Below, piece by piece: positions 30,419 to 40,802 of a DNA stretch of 64,000 nucleotides (its first letter is position 1; every line of letters starts with the position of its first letter). The position numbers and the translations under genes were made by a program. The notes beneath the pieces were generated by a model. That model saw nothing but the letters and a program-made list of their open reading frames with translations, did no database searches and was not told the origin of the DNA. This stretch comes from Candidatus Azotimanducaceae bacterium (lineage in GTDB: Bacteria > Pseudomonadota > Gammaproteobacteria > Pseudomonadales > Azotimanducaceae), in assembly GCA_045560825.1 (NCBI GenBank), contig JBJKYX010000034.1, positions 18,120 through 82,119 on the forward strand, given 5' to 3'.

Positions 30419-30485
30419 GAAATTCGAGGTGTATTCTCTCTGAGCTTACTGTCGCGCTTAATCCATTAAATACTGGAGATCTCAA

Positions 30486-30722
30486 ATGTATAAACTCATA
30501 CTCGTTCTTTTTTTACTGATCACTCCCCTATCTCTCTATTCAGCTGGCCATAAAGAAGGCAAAGAGCATGGCGGAAAAGAAGCCCAATCCAAGGAACACG
30601 GTGGCAAAGAGGCTAAATCCAAAGAGCACGGCGGGAAAGAAGCCCAATCCAAGGAACACGGTGGCAAAGAGGCTAAATCCAAAGAGCACGGTGGAAAAGA
30701 AGCTAAATCCAAAACCGACTAG
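30486..30722 (+). CDS. Small exported protein made of KEHGGKEA(Q/K)S repeats
   Basis: GGAG RBS, hydrophobic signal peptide, then five decapeptide repeats. Confidence 0.85.
   Translation: MYKLILVLFLLITPLSLYSAGHKEGKEHGGKEAQSKEHGGKEAKSKEHGGKEAQSKEHGGKEAKSKEHGGKEAKSKTD
30561..30710 (+). repeat. 5 x 30-bp coding tandem repeat with 60-bp higher-order period
   Basis: Units alternate aaagagca(t/c)ggcgg(a/g)aaagaagcccaatcc and aaggaacacggtggcaaagaggctaaatcc. Confidence 0.95.
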
Positions 30723-30742
30723 GCAAAATCAACGATTGTCGG

Positions 30743-31213
30743 ATGCGCAATCAGACCCTGTTTATCCAGCAGCTTTCAACGATTCTGACGGTAATCTTTC
30801 TGTCGGGGTCGTTGTCGCAAGCTAGTGAACAACAGACCAGCCAGAATATCTTCTATGCCGAAGACATAAAAGAAGCTATGACTAGGCACTTAGCTGAAAC
30901 TGTCAGCAAAGAGGGTATTTTCGACATATACGATGAGATAACCGAAGAAGATCTCGAGCTGGTCTTTTCGCAAATTCACGACCCCGTCCGACAGATCGGT
31001 GAGGATGTCTACTTTGCTTGCACAGATTTCAAAGTAAAAACCCATGAAGAAAAAGTATATGACATCGATTTTTGGCTAAGAGAAGAAAACGGTTATCTCA
31101 AAGTCTTTCAAACAAAGATACATAAAGAGCCCAGAAATTCCCTGATTTACGGATGGTACAAACATCCCCGCTATACCTTCGTAAACGATGAAATCGAATA
31201 TTTATACGATTAA
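30743..31213 (+). CDS. Exported hypothetical protein
   Basis: Signal peptide; IHDPVR..YFACTDF..YDIDFWL..IHKEP; 20 nt after the His-repeat gene. Confidence 0.75.
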   Translation: MRNQTLFIQQLSTILTVIFLSGSLSQASEQQTSQNIFYAEDIKEAMTRHLAETVSKEGIFDIYDEITEEDLELVFSQIHDPVRQIGEDVYFACTDFKVKTHEEKVYDIDFWLREENGYLKVFQTKIHKEPRNSLIYGWYKHPRYTFVNDEIEYLYD

Positions 31214-31362
31214 TAACTCTTCATCGAAAGTCCGAAAAACCGCCGCCTTACGATCAAATTTTTTGAGTATTAAAGATCCCAAGAGTGGTCTGTGTTAACT
31301 TTTATCTAAAGATTTTGAAGCACACTTTATGGCTCAAAAAAGAGTCCCTGGAAAATTTAAAT

Positions 31363-32250
31363 ATGATTAAAACTAAATTAGGCATCATTGGAGGATCAGG
31401 TCTCTATCAATTTCCACAACTACAACACGCCAAGTGGGTTAACGTACAATCACCTTGGGGAGAAGTTTCTGATGATCTTCTTTTTGGCAAGATCGGCGAT
31501 TTAGAGATCGTTTTTTTACCCAGACACGGTCGAAAACATCGTCTGTCACCCTCCTATATCAATTACCGAGCGAACATAGACGCGCTAAAACAAGCCGGAG
31601 TTACCGACATCATATCGGTCTCTGCCTGCGGCTCCTTAAGAGAAGATCTTCCTCCAGGAGCTTTTTTACTAGTCGACCAATTCATTGATATGACGAAGTC
31701 TCGAAATAAAAGTTTTTTCGGTGACGGTATCGTAGCTCATGTCTCGTTCGCTGAACCTATCTCTCAGCGTTTGGTGGATCAGTTAAGCACCGTCATGACT
31801 TCAAAAAAAATTCAATATCAAGCAACAGGCACTTACCTCTGCATAGAGGGGCCCCAGTTTTCGACCAAAGCAGAAAGTCAACTTTATCGCTCATGGAGCT
31901 GCGACGTCATTGGGATGACTAACTTACCAGAAGTCCAATTAGCTCGTGAGGCCGAAATACCCTATGCGACTTTGGCTATGGTTACCGATTATGATTGCTG
32001 GCATCCGGACCACGACGCGGTCACCGTTGAGCAAGTCTCAAAAATCATGGCGCAAAACACGTTGATCGCTAAAGAAATTATTACTGAGTTCGCTATCCAC
32101 TTCCCTCAACATCGAGAGGCCTGTTCCTCCGGAGCCGACACAGCACTAGATGGCTCTATCATGTCGAGTCTACAATCCTTAGAACCCGAGAAATTAGAAA
32201 AATTTACAACTATCGCCGGTCGTTTATTAAATGAACAGGGAGGCAAGTGA
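31363..32250 (+). CDS. mtnP: S-methyl-5'-thioadenosine phosphorylase
   Basis: GIIGGSGLY, FLPRHG, INYRANI, EGPQFSTKAES, VIGMT, VTDYDCWH. Confidence 0.92.
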   Translation: MIKTKLGIIGGSGLYQFPQLQHAKWVNVQSPWGEVSDDLLFGKIGDLEIVFLPRHGRKHRLSPSYINYRANIDALKQAGVTDIISVSACGSLREDLPPGAFLLVDQFIDMTKSRNKSFFGDGIVAHVSFAEPISQRLVDQLSTVMTSKKIQYQATGTYLCIEGPQFSTKAESQLYRSWSCDVIGMTNLPEVQLAREAEIPYATLAMVTDYDCWHPDHDAVTVEQVSKIMAQNTLIAKEIITEFAIHFPQHREACSSGADTALDGSIMSSLQSLEPEKLEKFTTIAGRLLNEQGGK

Positions 32251-32774
32251 AAACCCTCAAAGAACTTATCAGAACAGTACCTGATTATCCCAAACCGGGC
32301 ATTCAATATAGAGACATCACAACGTTACTTAAAAGCGGTGAGGGCTTTCGAAGGAGCGTCGAGCAGATAGCGAGCTGGTCCAGCCAATTTGAGCCTGATT
32401 TAATTGCTGGCATCGACGCGAGAGGTTTTATATTTGGTTCCGCTGTAGCCTTCGAACTTAACTTAGGTTTCGTACCAATCAGGAAGGAAGGCAAGCTACC
32501 ACACAGAACGATCTCAGAGCGCTACGAATTAGAGTACGGCTCAGACTGTCTTGAGGTGCATGAAGATACAGTAGAAAAAGGAGCGAAAGTAGTCATAGTT
32601 GATGATTTACTGGCGACTGGCGGCACAGCTAAAGCGGCTCATCAACTGTTACACCGATGCGGTGCGGACGTGGTAGGTTTAGGTTTTCTTATCGAGCTAG
32701 CGTCACTCAAGGGAAGAGAACTACTAGAGAACCTCGATACTAAAGTTTTTTCGGTATTCCAGTTTGATGATTAA
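32247..32774 (+). CDS. apt: Adenine phosphoribosyltransferase
   Basis: PDYPKPGIQYRDIT, DARGF, IRKEGKLP, YELEYG, VDDLLATGGT. Confidence 0.95.
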   Translation: MKTLKELIRTVPDYPKPGIQYRDITTLLKSGEGFRRSVEQIASWSSQFEPDLIAGIDARGFIFGSAVAFELNLGFVPIRKEGKLPHRTISERYELEYGSDCLEVHEDTVEKGAKVVIVDDLLATGGTAKAAHQLLHRCGADVVGLGFLIELASLKGRELLENLDTKVFSVFQFDD

Positions 32775-32819
32775 ATATAACTCTTCGCTCACTGGTAAAA
32801 TAGAAAAGAGAGTCAACTC

Positions 32820-33506
32820 ATGAATACCATATTAGTCACAGGAACAAATAAAGGAGTTGGGCTAGAGATCACCAGACTGCTGAGCAACCGAGGTGATCGA
32901 GTCATAGCCTGCTGCAGGCGACCTCTTGAAGCTACCGCTTTGAGCAAATTAGAGGGAAATATAGATATCCAAGAAGTATCAGTTGGTGAGGATGAATCAG
33001 TTTCTCAACTAGCTAGTCGCTTAAACGGCGTTGCTATCGATACCATAATCAATAACGCCGGCACTATGGGGCCTGAAGCCAAGCGCCAATCGGTGTTGGA
33101 TATGGATTTCAGCGGTTGGGCAGATGCTTTCAATATAAACTCGATGGGGCCTGTTCGAATTATGCAGGCACTTCTCCCCAACTTAAAAATGACTGAGTCG
33201 CCCAAAGTTATGACTGTAACAAGCCAAATGGGCGCTTTGTCCTTGGATATGACCTCGGCACATGCCTATTGCTCAAGTAAGGCGGCTTTGAACAAGTTCA
33301 TGAGGCTTGCCTCTATCGACCTAAAACCTGATGGTATCGCGGTAGGGTTAGTTCACCCTGGCTGGGTTCGAACCGACATGGGAGGGCCTCGAGCCCATTT
33401 GTCGCCGGAAGAGAGCGCTGCAGGATGCATTGAAGTCACGGATACTCTGAGTCTGGATAACACCGGAGGGTTCTGGAAATGGAATGGTGAAACCCATGAC
33501 TGGTAA
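32820..33506 (+). CDS. SDR oxidoreductase, C-factor (CsgA)-like
   Basis: TGTNKGVG, NNAG, YCSSKAALN, HPGWVRTDMGG. Confidence 0.9.
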   Translation: MNTILVTGTNKGVGLEITRLLSNRGDRVIACCRRPLEATALSKLEGNIDIQEVSVGEDESVSQLASRLNGVAIDTIINNAGTMGPEAKRQSVLDMDFSGWADAFNINSMGPVRIMQALLPNLKMTESPKVMTVTSQMGALSLDMTSAHAYCSSKAALNKFMRLASIDLKPDGIAVGLVHPGWVRTDMGGPRAHLSPEESAAGCIEVTDTLSLDNTGGFWKWNGETHDW

Positions 33507-33529
33507 CGGACATGCAATCACAATCTGAC

Positions 33530-35261
33530 TCAACGAGGACTTTGTTGAGCACCTCTTAATAATTTTCCCGGAAGGATTCCCGTCGGCTCCCCCATAGAGT
33601 AAATCTGCTGGCCTCTTACAAAAGTGGCCTCAATTCCTGTCGCGTCCTGCAAAAATCGACTGCCACCACCCGGAAGGTCATGCACGATGCGAGGCGTCAT
33701 CAACTTCAGGTTATCAATATCAATGATATTAAAATCCGCTTTCATCCCATTTTTCAAAAGGCCCCGATCATTCAATGAGAAAAAATTTGCAGGCTCCGAA
33801 GTTAGCATTCGAACACCTTCTGCCAAACTAAAAACACCTTCATCTTTCACCCACTTTGTTAGGAGAAACAGGTTGGCGCTGGTATCACAAATCGAGCCTA
33901 CATGAGCCCCACCATCCCCTAGAGCCTCAATAGTATGGGGGTGCCTGAGTAATTCAGAGATCACTGATTTCGACTTGCTAGTCGCCGGAATATAAATCAA
34001 ATTCGAACCATCGTTTCCTAACAAGAAGTCATACAACCAATCAATAGGTGATTGATTGGCTCGCTTTGCTTGCTCCGCCACATTACGCTCTGATGCCGGG
34101 AGGTAATCAATAGGGTCTTCCATCGGGTACATGTTACTGAAATTGTCGGAGAGCAACTGTACGAAGATGTGGGGGTTCTCATTTTCTTCAGCCAATATTT
34201 TGGCTTTGATCAGAGGATCTCTGAGTTTTGCCATTCTCTTTTCGTGCGGCAACTGCTGACATGCCATAAAAGTAGGTCTACGATAAAAAGGACTCATCGT
34301 TGCGGGGTGACCCATTAAAATACCGATCGGGCGCGAAATGACCTGCCCTCTAATATCAAGACCCTTGCTTTGCGCTTCCTCAATACGAACAAGATGCTGA
34401 CGCCAGACCTCAGAGCTTTCCGTCACCTCTCCGAGAGGATTATCCGTTGCAATCAACGTAAAGGTGCCCTTTGCGCCTGTTTGAAGGCTAGTTTCTCGCA
34501 AAATATCGAATTCCTGTTCCGCTTCGGCAAAATCAGATATGAATTGCAGTACCTGACCTTGCTCACCAGAGAGACAGCTTCCAAGCTCCTTCACCTCATG
34601 GGTGGCTGCTTCGTAAGTCGGTACGTTATCCCCTGTACTGCTGAGGTGAAGCAGGGTTCTCGAACTAGAAATACCAACCGCTCCGGCGGCAAGACCCTCT
34701 CTGGCAATCTGCTTCATGGATTCTAGGTCTTCCTGAGATGCTTCTTCACGATTCACGCCCCCTCTTCCCCATGACATAAACCCGTAAAGGCCCGTGCGGT
34801 AAGAAAACCGCCAAATCGATATCTCGAGGCTTTTCATCAAGCGCGTCCATATACTCAGGAAAGCTTTCCCAATTCCATGGAATACCGGCCGCAAGAGCGC
34901 TCCCCGGAATTTCCTCGACTCCCTCCATCAGCTGAACAAGTACTTCTCTATCCTGAGGTTTACAAGGTGCAAACCCCACCCCGCAGTTGCCCGCAATGAC
35001 TGTCGTGGTACCCAAAGCAGAGGATGGATTGAGATGATTATCCCATGTCGCTTGTCCGTCATAGTGAGTATGTACGTCCACAAAACCAGGTGTAACCGTC
35101 TTGCCAGAAGCATCCACCTCGTGGTCAGAAGAACCCTCAACCTTGGGGCTGACCTCACATATAGTCCCATCTTTGATTGCAACATCACCGACAAACGGTT
35201 CCGACCCTGAGCCATCAACAATACGCCCACCTCGAATTATCAAATCATAATCAGACATCAC
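33530..35261 (-). pseudogene. N-acyl-D-amino-acid deacylase family amidohydrolase, +1 frameshift at a G5 run (34758-34762)
   Basis: PGFVDVHTHYD, GNCGVGFAP, HGPLRVYVMG continue into GVNREEAS..SSRTLLH..DGGAH if one G is removed; may be a sequencing error. Confidence 0.85.
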
Positions 35262-35433
35262 TCTACCAACCTTCCTTTAAAGAAGTTAACACTCGTCTCT
35301 TGCTCAACCCCAACACACTGGTCCTAAATAACTTTAAAGCAAACGAGCACGATAACTAAATTGCTACACACCTATACCCACACCTAGCATAGAATATATG
35401 ATGGCCTAAATAAGCATTTAACTCGAGGAACTC

Positions 35434-36021
35434 ATGGCGCTAATCTTAATCAAATTTCATGTCTTTGTAGTGACTTTACTTTTTTCCCTTAGTGGTTACG
35501 CGAATCATCACGAATTAAAAAGAGCAGACTACAAAAGCCAGGAGGCATACCTAAAAAGTATCATGGAAATTGCCATGTCGGCGGCACCTTCTAATGTCAG
35601 TTCTGAAGCGACGATCATGGGGGCAAACGGTGAAATTCTTCGAGAAGGCACTAATGGTTGGACTTGCATGCCGGGCACCCCGCCCAACGAGAACGTAAAT
35701 CCGATGTGCGTTGACAAGGCTTGGCAGAAGTGGCTCGACGCTTTTGTAAACAAAAAGCCCTACGACTCTGAGTCAGCGGCTTTTGGAATGTCCTATATGT
35801 TGGTTGGCGACGTGCCTGTCGACAACGACGATCCGCGTAACACCGACCGCTCAAAAGGAACCTGGGTTCAGGAGGGGCCTCACCTAATGATACTGCTTCC
35901 TGAAAGTATGATGAAAGATTTCCCCAGAGATCCCTATGCGGGAGGTCCTTACGTTATGTTTGACGGTACCGACTACGTCCATATGATGGTCCCGTTGACA
36001 GCCTTAGAAAGACCAGAATAA
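35434..36021 (+). CDS. Exported hypothetical protein
   Basis: Signal peptide ..SGYA-NHHE; AMSAAP, LREGTNGWTCMP, PMC, SYML, GPHLM, PYVM..HMM. Confidence 0.8.
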   Translation: MALILIKFHVFVVTLLFSLSGYANHHELKRADYKSQEAYLKSIMEIAMSAAPSNVSSEATIMGANGEILREGTNGWTCMPGTPPNENVNPMCVDKAWQKWLDAFVNKKPYDSESAAFGMSYMLVGDVPVDNDDPRNTDRSKGTWVQEGPHLMILLPESMMKDFPRDPYAGGPYVMFDGTDYVHMMVPLTALERPE

Positions 36022-36051
36022 AGAGATCAAAAAAACCTTCGCTGCTCCTTA

Positions 36052-36630
36052 TTAAGAATCAATGTTTGTCTGGTTAGGGAGCAATCTTTTAATCTCATCG
36101 TAGACCTCATTCAAAGGGGGTCGGTCGCGAAAACCTGGAACCGCGAACTTCGCCTTGATACTACCGTCTGGAGTAATCCAGAAAATACCGGGGTACGGAA
36201 TACCGTATGCGCTGCTATCTTTTTGGTAATCCAAATCACGAACCTGAAAAAGGTTAACGTGTTTGGCATCTTCATCACGTAATAGAGGAAACCCAATAGA
36301 CTCTGCTTGATGAAAACTCTTCAGGTTGGGTAATTCGTCATACGTCATCGCGGCAAGTCTCAACCCCAAACCTTCGAATCTCTCTCGCCATCCTGCCAGT
36401 TGGACCAACTGGCCTTTACAGTATCCTCACCAATCAGCAGAACGACTTAATATGAATAAAAGACCTTGCTTGCCAGACAGCGATTCGAAATTTCTTATTT
36501 GGCCATCCTGATCCTGAGCTTGGATTGGGGGAGAATCTGTCCCTACTCGCAAGCCCCATGTGTCTGAATATTGACTTCCTAAGGAAGTAAGACTTGTAAA
36601 CAACAGAACCAAAAACACTAATTTTTTCAT
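36052..36630 (-). CDS. Exported AhpC/TSA peroxiredoxin-like selenoprotein (UxxC), Sec at TGA 36427-36429
   Basis: Tracked ORFs 36427-36636 and 36052-36408 are in frame: LSRSADW-U-GYCKGQLVQL; paralog of 13572-14177; signal peptide MKKLVFLVLLF. Confidence 0.9.
36395..36413 (-). promoter_or_regulatory. Bacterial SECIS-like hairpin
   Basis: mRNA sense GCCAGTT-GGTCC-AACTGGC; 20 nt between UGA and loop; GGU loop as in the E. coli fdhF SECIS. Confidence 0.78.
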
Positions 36631-36649
36631 GACCAATTCAATCCAAGCT

Positions 36650-38983
36650 TCACTGACTACTCAGGCTCGCTTTAAATCTACCTCTTCGTTCAGCTGCTTT
36701 TGTAGATTTGTCAGCCTCATCTAATCTCGCTAGCGTAACACCAATAATTCTGCCATTGAATTCATAATTGTGTGGGTATGGACCCACCGGAGAGCCTGTA
36801 TCCCGGCCCACGTCAAAGGTCTCTCCGCTCATGGAATAGATCACTGGCACGGTTGCAGGAATTACCTTTTGAGAAACTAGTTGCTCATCTACGGATAAGT
36901 TCGCAATACCACCTGACCCAAACCCCCCTTCATGTCGATAGAGAAGCGAAACCGTGCAGGACCCAGCACCTAGCGCATGCGCGCTCGACAAGAAAGTCAG
37001 CTCATGACCAAACCAATTATAAAGATAGGTCACTCGACCCGACTCGTCAAAGTACAAGCTCCACCCACCCATATTGCCCCCCTGACAGGCAACGACCCCG
37101 GTCGTTATCTCTTCTTCTAGCACAAGCTCCGCCGTGATTTTGTGTGAAACGTTCTTCAGATTCATAACGGAATGCTCGGGCATTCGAACATGCGATCGGT
37201 TATAAGTGATCGCATCGTGACCTTCCAATGAATGAGGAACAGCATATTCGCCTCCCCGTCGTGCAGAAGCGTCACGCAACGGATAAATCAACATTCGCCG
37301 TGCTTCTTCATCGAAGAGCTCTTTCAGCGCCAACAATCGATCAGGTTCTGATGCCGCAAGATTTTCCGATTGAGAAAAATCTTCTTCGATATTATAAAGC
37401 TCCCAGACCTCATCCGGCCCATCAAACTCGAATCCCGCAAAACGGATCCACGGCAGGCGCCCATGAAAACACGAAGCAATCCAGCCCTCATGATAAATTG
37501 CACGATTGCCTAAAATCTCAAAGTATTGAGTCGTCCTTTTGCTCGCCACATTCGGTTCTGAAAAACAGTAACGCATACTTACGCCGTGTAGCGGCATTTG
37601 ATTAATACCATTCACTTTTTCAGGCGCTTCAATCTCTAGAGCGTCTAGGACAGTTGGCAAAACATCGATCACATGATGGAACTGTGAACGTCGATTATCA
37701 TTTCCACACTCGATGCCTTTTGGCCAGGAAATAGCAAGCGCATTGCGAGTTCCTCCAAAATGGGATGCCACCTGCTTCATCCACTGAAAGGGTGAATCCA
37801 ACGCCCAAGCCCAGCCAACGTTAAAATGGTTCTCACAACGATCACTACCAAAATCATCCATGTGCTCCAGCAACCATTCAGGATCCTCGTGTATTCCGTT
37901 CTGGAAAGATGGGGCACTCCAAGCGCCATGTATAGTCCCCTCTGCAGACGCCCCATTGTCCCCCGTCAAATAAATGATCAAGGTATCATCGAATTGCCCC
38001 ATTCGATCAAGCGCCTGAAACAGTCGATTAACCTGAGAATCTGTGTGCGCAAGAAAGCCAGCAAAAACCTCCATTAATCGGCTAGCAACCGGCTTATAAC
38101 GATCCGGATACGATAACCAACTCGGGACTTGTTCTGGCCTAGGGGTTAGTCTGGTTGTCGGCGGAATAACCCCCATTTTTAGTTGCCGCTCGTAAATCGT
38201 TGATCTGAGTTGATCCCAACCATCATCAAACTGACCTTTAAAAGGTCTGATCCATTCTTCAGATACGTGGTGAGGTGCATGAACTGCAGCCGGTGCAAAA
38301 TAACAAAAGAAGGGTTTATCTGGGGCTGAAGCTTTCTGACGCTCTATCCAAAGGATCGCCTGATCCGCCAGATCTTCAGTCAGATGATACTCAGAAACAT
38401 TCAGATGAGGCTCAATCGGCGTAGTCTGATCATAAACAGGCGGTTCCCAGTGGCTCGCCTCTGCTCCGAGGATCCCATAGAAACGCTCAAATCCAAGACC
38501 GGTTGGCCAACGATCAAAGGGGCCTGCCGGACTTTGCTCCCAGCTTGGAGTCAAATGCCATTTTCCAAAACAACCAGTTGAATACCCATTGAGTTTCAGG
38601 ATCTCCGCCATCGTCGCACTCTCTTTCGGTATTGCACTGTCATAAGCTGGGAAGCTGTTGGCAATTTCCGTAATACCTCCCATATGAACACTGTGATGAT
38701 TTCTGCCTGTTAATAACGAAGCTCTGGTAGGCGAACAAAGTGCAGTCGTGTGGAATTGATTGAAGGTTAGACCATTGGAAGCAATTCGATCTACGCCAGG
38801 ACTCGGAATAACACCGCCAAAAGTTTCACAGCTCCCAAAACCCACATCATCAAGCATGACTAGCAACACATTGGGCTTGCCAGCCGCTTGACTAGGAAGC
38901 CGCATTCGCACACCAGAAGAGTCCTCAATAAGGCGCTTGATGTCGCCCTCGAATGGTTCCGAACCTTTGGGGATTTCATTCAT
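36650..38983 (-). CDS. Arylsulfatase (Cys-type, formylglycine-dependent)
   Basis: MLDDVG, CSPTRASLLTGR, GKWH, GDNG; C-terminal LamG-like region; no signal peptide. Confidence 0.92.
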   Translation of the reverse strand: MNEIPKGSEPFEGDIKRLIEDSSGVRMRLPSQAAGKPNVLLVMLDDVGFGSCETFGGVIPSPGVDRIASNGLTFNQFHTTALCSPTRASLLTGRNHHSVHMGGITEIANSFPAYDSAIPKESATMAEILKLNGYSTGCFGKWHLTPSWEQSPAGPFDRWPTGLGFERFYGILGAEASHWEPPVYDQTTPIEPHLNVSEYHLTEDLADQAILWIERQKASAPDKPFFCYFAPAAVHAPHHVSEEWIRPFKGQFDDGWDQLRSTIYERQLKMGVIPPTTRLTPRPEQVPSWLSYPDRYKPVASRLMEVFAGFLAHTDSQVNRLFQALDRMGQFDDTLIIYLTGDNGASAEGTIHGAWSAPSFQNGIHEDPEWLLEHMDDFGSDRCENHFNVGWAWALDSPFQWMKQVASHFGGTRNALAISWPKGIECGNDNRRSQFHHVIDVLPTVLDALEIEAPEKVNGINQMPLHGVSMRYCFSEPNVASKRTTQYFEILGNRAIYHEGWIASCFHGRLPWIRFAGFEFDGPDEVWELYNIEEDFSQSENLAASEPDRLLALKELFDEEARRMLIYPLRDASARRGGEYAVPHSLEGHDAITYNRSHVRMPEHSVMNLKNVSHKITAELVLEEEITTGVVACQGGNMGGWSLYFDESGRVTYLYNWFGHELTFLSSAHALGAGSCTVSLLYRHEGGFGSGGIANLSVDEQLVSQKVIPATVPVIYSMSGETFDVGRDTGSPVGPYPHNYEFNGRIIGVTLARLDEADKSTKAAERRGRFKASLSSQ

Positions 38984-38997
38984 ATCCGATCCTTTGG

Positions 38998-40709
38998 CTA
39001 TCTCTGCAGACTTACTAAATCGAATGACGACAACAAGCTATAATGACTTTCTCACGTTCTTTTTCCGTCAAATCATTCACATCCTGAAGCACATCACTCA
39101 GAGAGACTTTCGTTCCTAGAAGTTTTGCCCAGGAGGTTTTGGTTAAATTCAATTTAATCTCGCAGTCTTCGGGGGCAATACCCACGGCAACTTGACTGCG
39201 AATAATCAAACCAGCAGATGAACCATCATCAAAATAGAACCCAATACTCCCCACTTGCTCACCTATTCTCTGCGGATCAAGTAGCACTCTTAAAATAGGA
39301 ACCCATCGCGCAGATTCGCCAGACAAAATCTCTTGTTCTCGAAAGCGATGTTTACGAAAACGAGATAAATCGATCTTCCCATCGAGCTCTAACGCTCTGG
39401 TCAAACACCAATTTCTGATATTTGAAGAGCTCGAGCAATAAGCGATAGCTCGCAATGCCGAGGCGAGGCGAAGTTTGTCTTCCTCTGAGTCTTCCTCAAC
39501 AACCAGAACAAGGTAAGTACCCAATTCTAAAGCCCAACGAAAGTCTTCTTCAGACATCGCTTGATCAAACATACTTCTTGCGGCTAAGTGACCCCCAAAG
39601 GCTTTAATCATCTTTTTTGCTCGGTCCGGCTGAGGCGTTGGAAACAACTTGCTAGGATCTTCATCAAACCAACCGAATAATCCGGTGTAGACCTGTCTGA
39701 CATGGTGTTCAACGACGCCATATAACTGCTGAGTACGAAAGTCTTGTTCATGAATCTCGGGCAACTTAATTCGATCGATTGCTTCATCTAGCGTAAGACC
39801 TTGATTTGCAGCTCGCACTGTCTGATCCCAAACAAACTGGATCGAATCACGATAGCGAACTATCGACCTTCTGATTTCTTCCTTCCCAGACATGGGAGGC
39901 CCATGCGCGCAGATCTGGTGCTCTGCATCCAAAGCCAACAAGTCATCCAGTCCAACAAGTAATATCCGGGGATCACGATACTCTTCACCTCGAATCGCAA
40001 AAATATTAAAAAAAGTGGGCCAAAGAATATTATTGATCGCCAGATCAAGTTCAGGAAACCATATATTTACTGAGTCGGTTGAATCCGAGGGAGCAGGATA
40101 GAATTCGACATCTAGGCCTGCAATGTTGGTTCGATACTCTTCGCTGAATGTTTGAGTCGCAGGCAAATGTCCGGGAGTGAATGGTGAATGCGATGGGTTT
40201 CTATAAAAACGCCCCAACCCTATATTCACCAAACCATCTGGACCTTGCTCCGGAAGAAGCATCGCAAACTGATGGACCATACCTCTTGATCCACGAGGGC
40301 CAACCTCCCCACCAAATCGATCCAAATTTGCTTGGATCCCCGCGTGACCATAAATCGGGAAATCATCGTCTCCTCGCTCTTCAACAATCGCGGTAGTGCC
40401 CGCAACGTAGTGAAAATGGGTGTAGATACAAGCAACAATCGGTACGTCTGTCTCTTTTCGAAGCCAATCTATCGCCTGCTTCATTTCTTCATGACACTCG
40501 CCAGTATCAATAGCTATGATGCCCTCGGGGCCCTCCACAAAAGTCTGATTTGACAATCCGTTACCAACCAAACACCAAGCATGCTCACCGACTTTATAAA
40601 AGGACTCTTTCAGTCTCTCAGAATGATCTAACAACTGGGGATGAGCAAGTTGTCCATCAGCTCCAACTGCCTGCTGACCCACTCTGAATGCATCGGTCGA
40701 TTTATTCAT
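38998..40709 (-). CDS. Alkyl sulfatase (SdsA1-like metallo-beta-lactamase); probable small indel near 39040 alters the C-terminus
   Basis: IYTHFHY, AIRGEEYRDP, HGPP, YGVVEHHVR..GWFD; the shifted frame gives a more natural end SLLSSFDLVSLQR* at 38998 (tracked stop 39015). Confidence 0.8.
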
Positions 40710-40802
40710 AACGATTTTTCCTCTTCGGTGACGAGTTTTTAGTTTCGAACCCGAATACGACTACAACCGCATTGCTGAGGTTACCAGTAATCTGCAGAGT
40801 GG

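Noticed and set aside
30561-30710. 30-bp repeats as a CRISPR array
   Set aside because: No spacers and no cas genes; variation is mostly synonymous within a coding frame.
34746-34765. Programmed frameshift or UGA readthrough in the deacylase
   Set aside because: The downstream part is in another frame, there is no Cys motif or hairpin, and a G-run indel is the simpler explanation.
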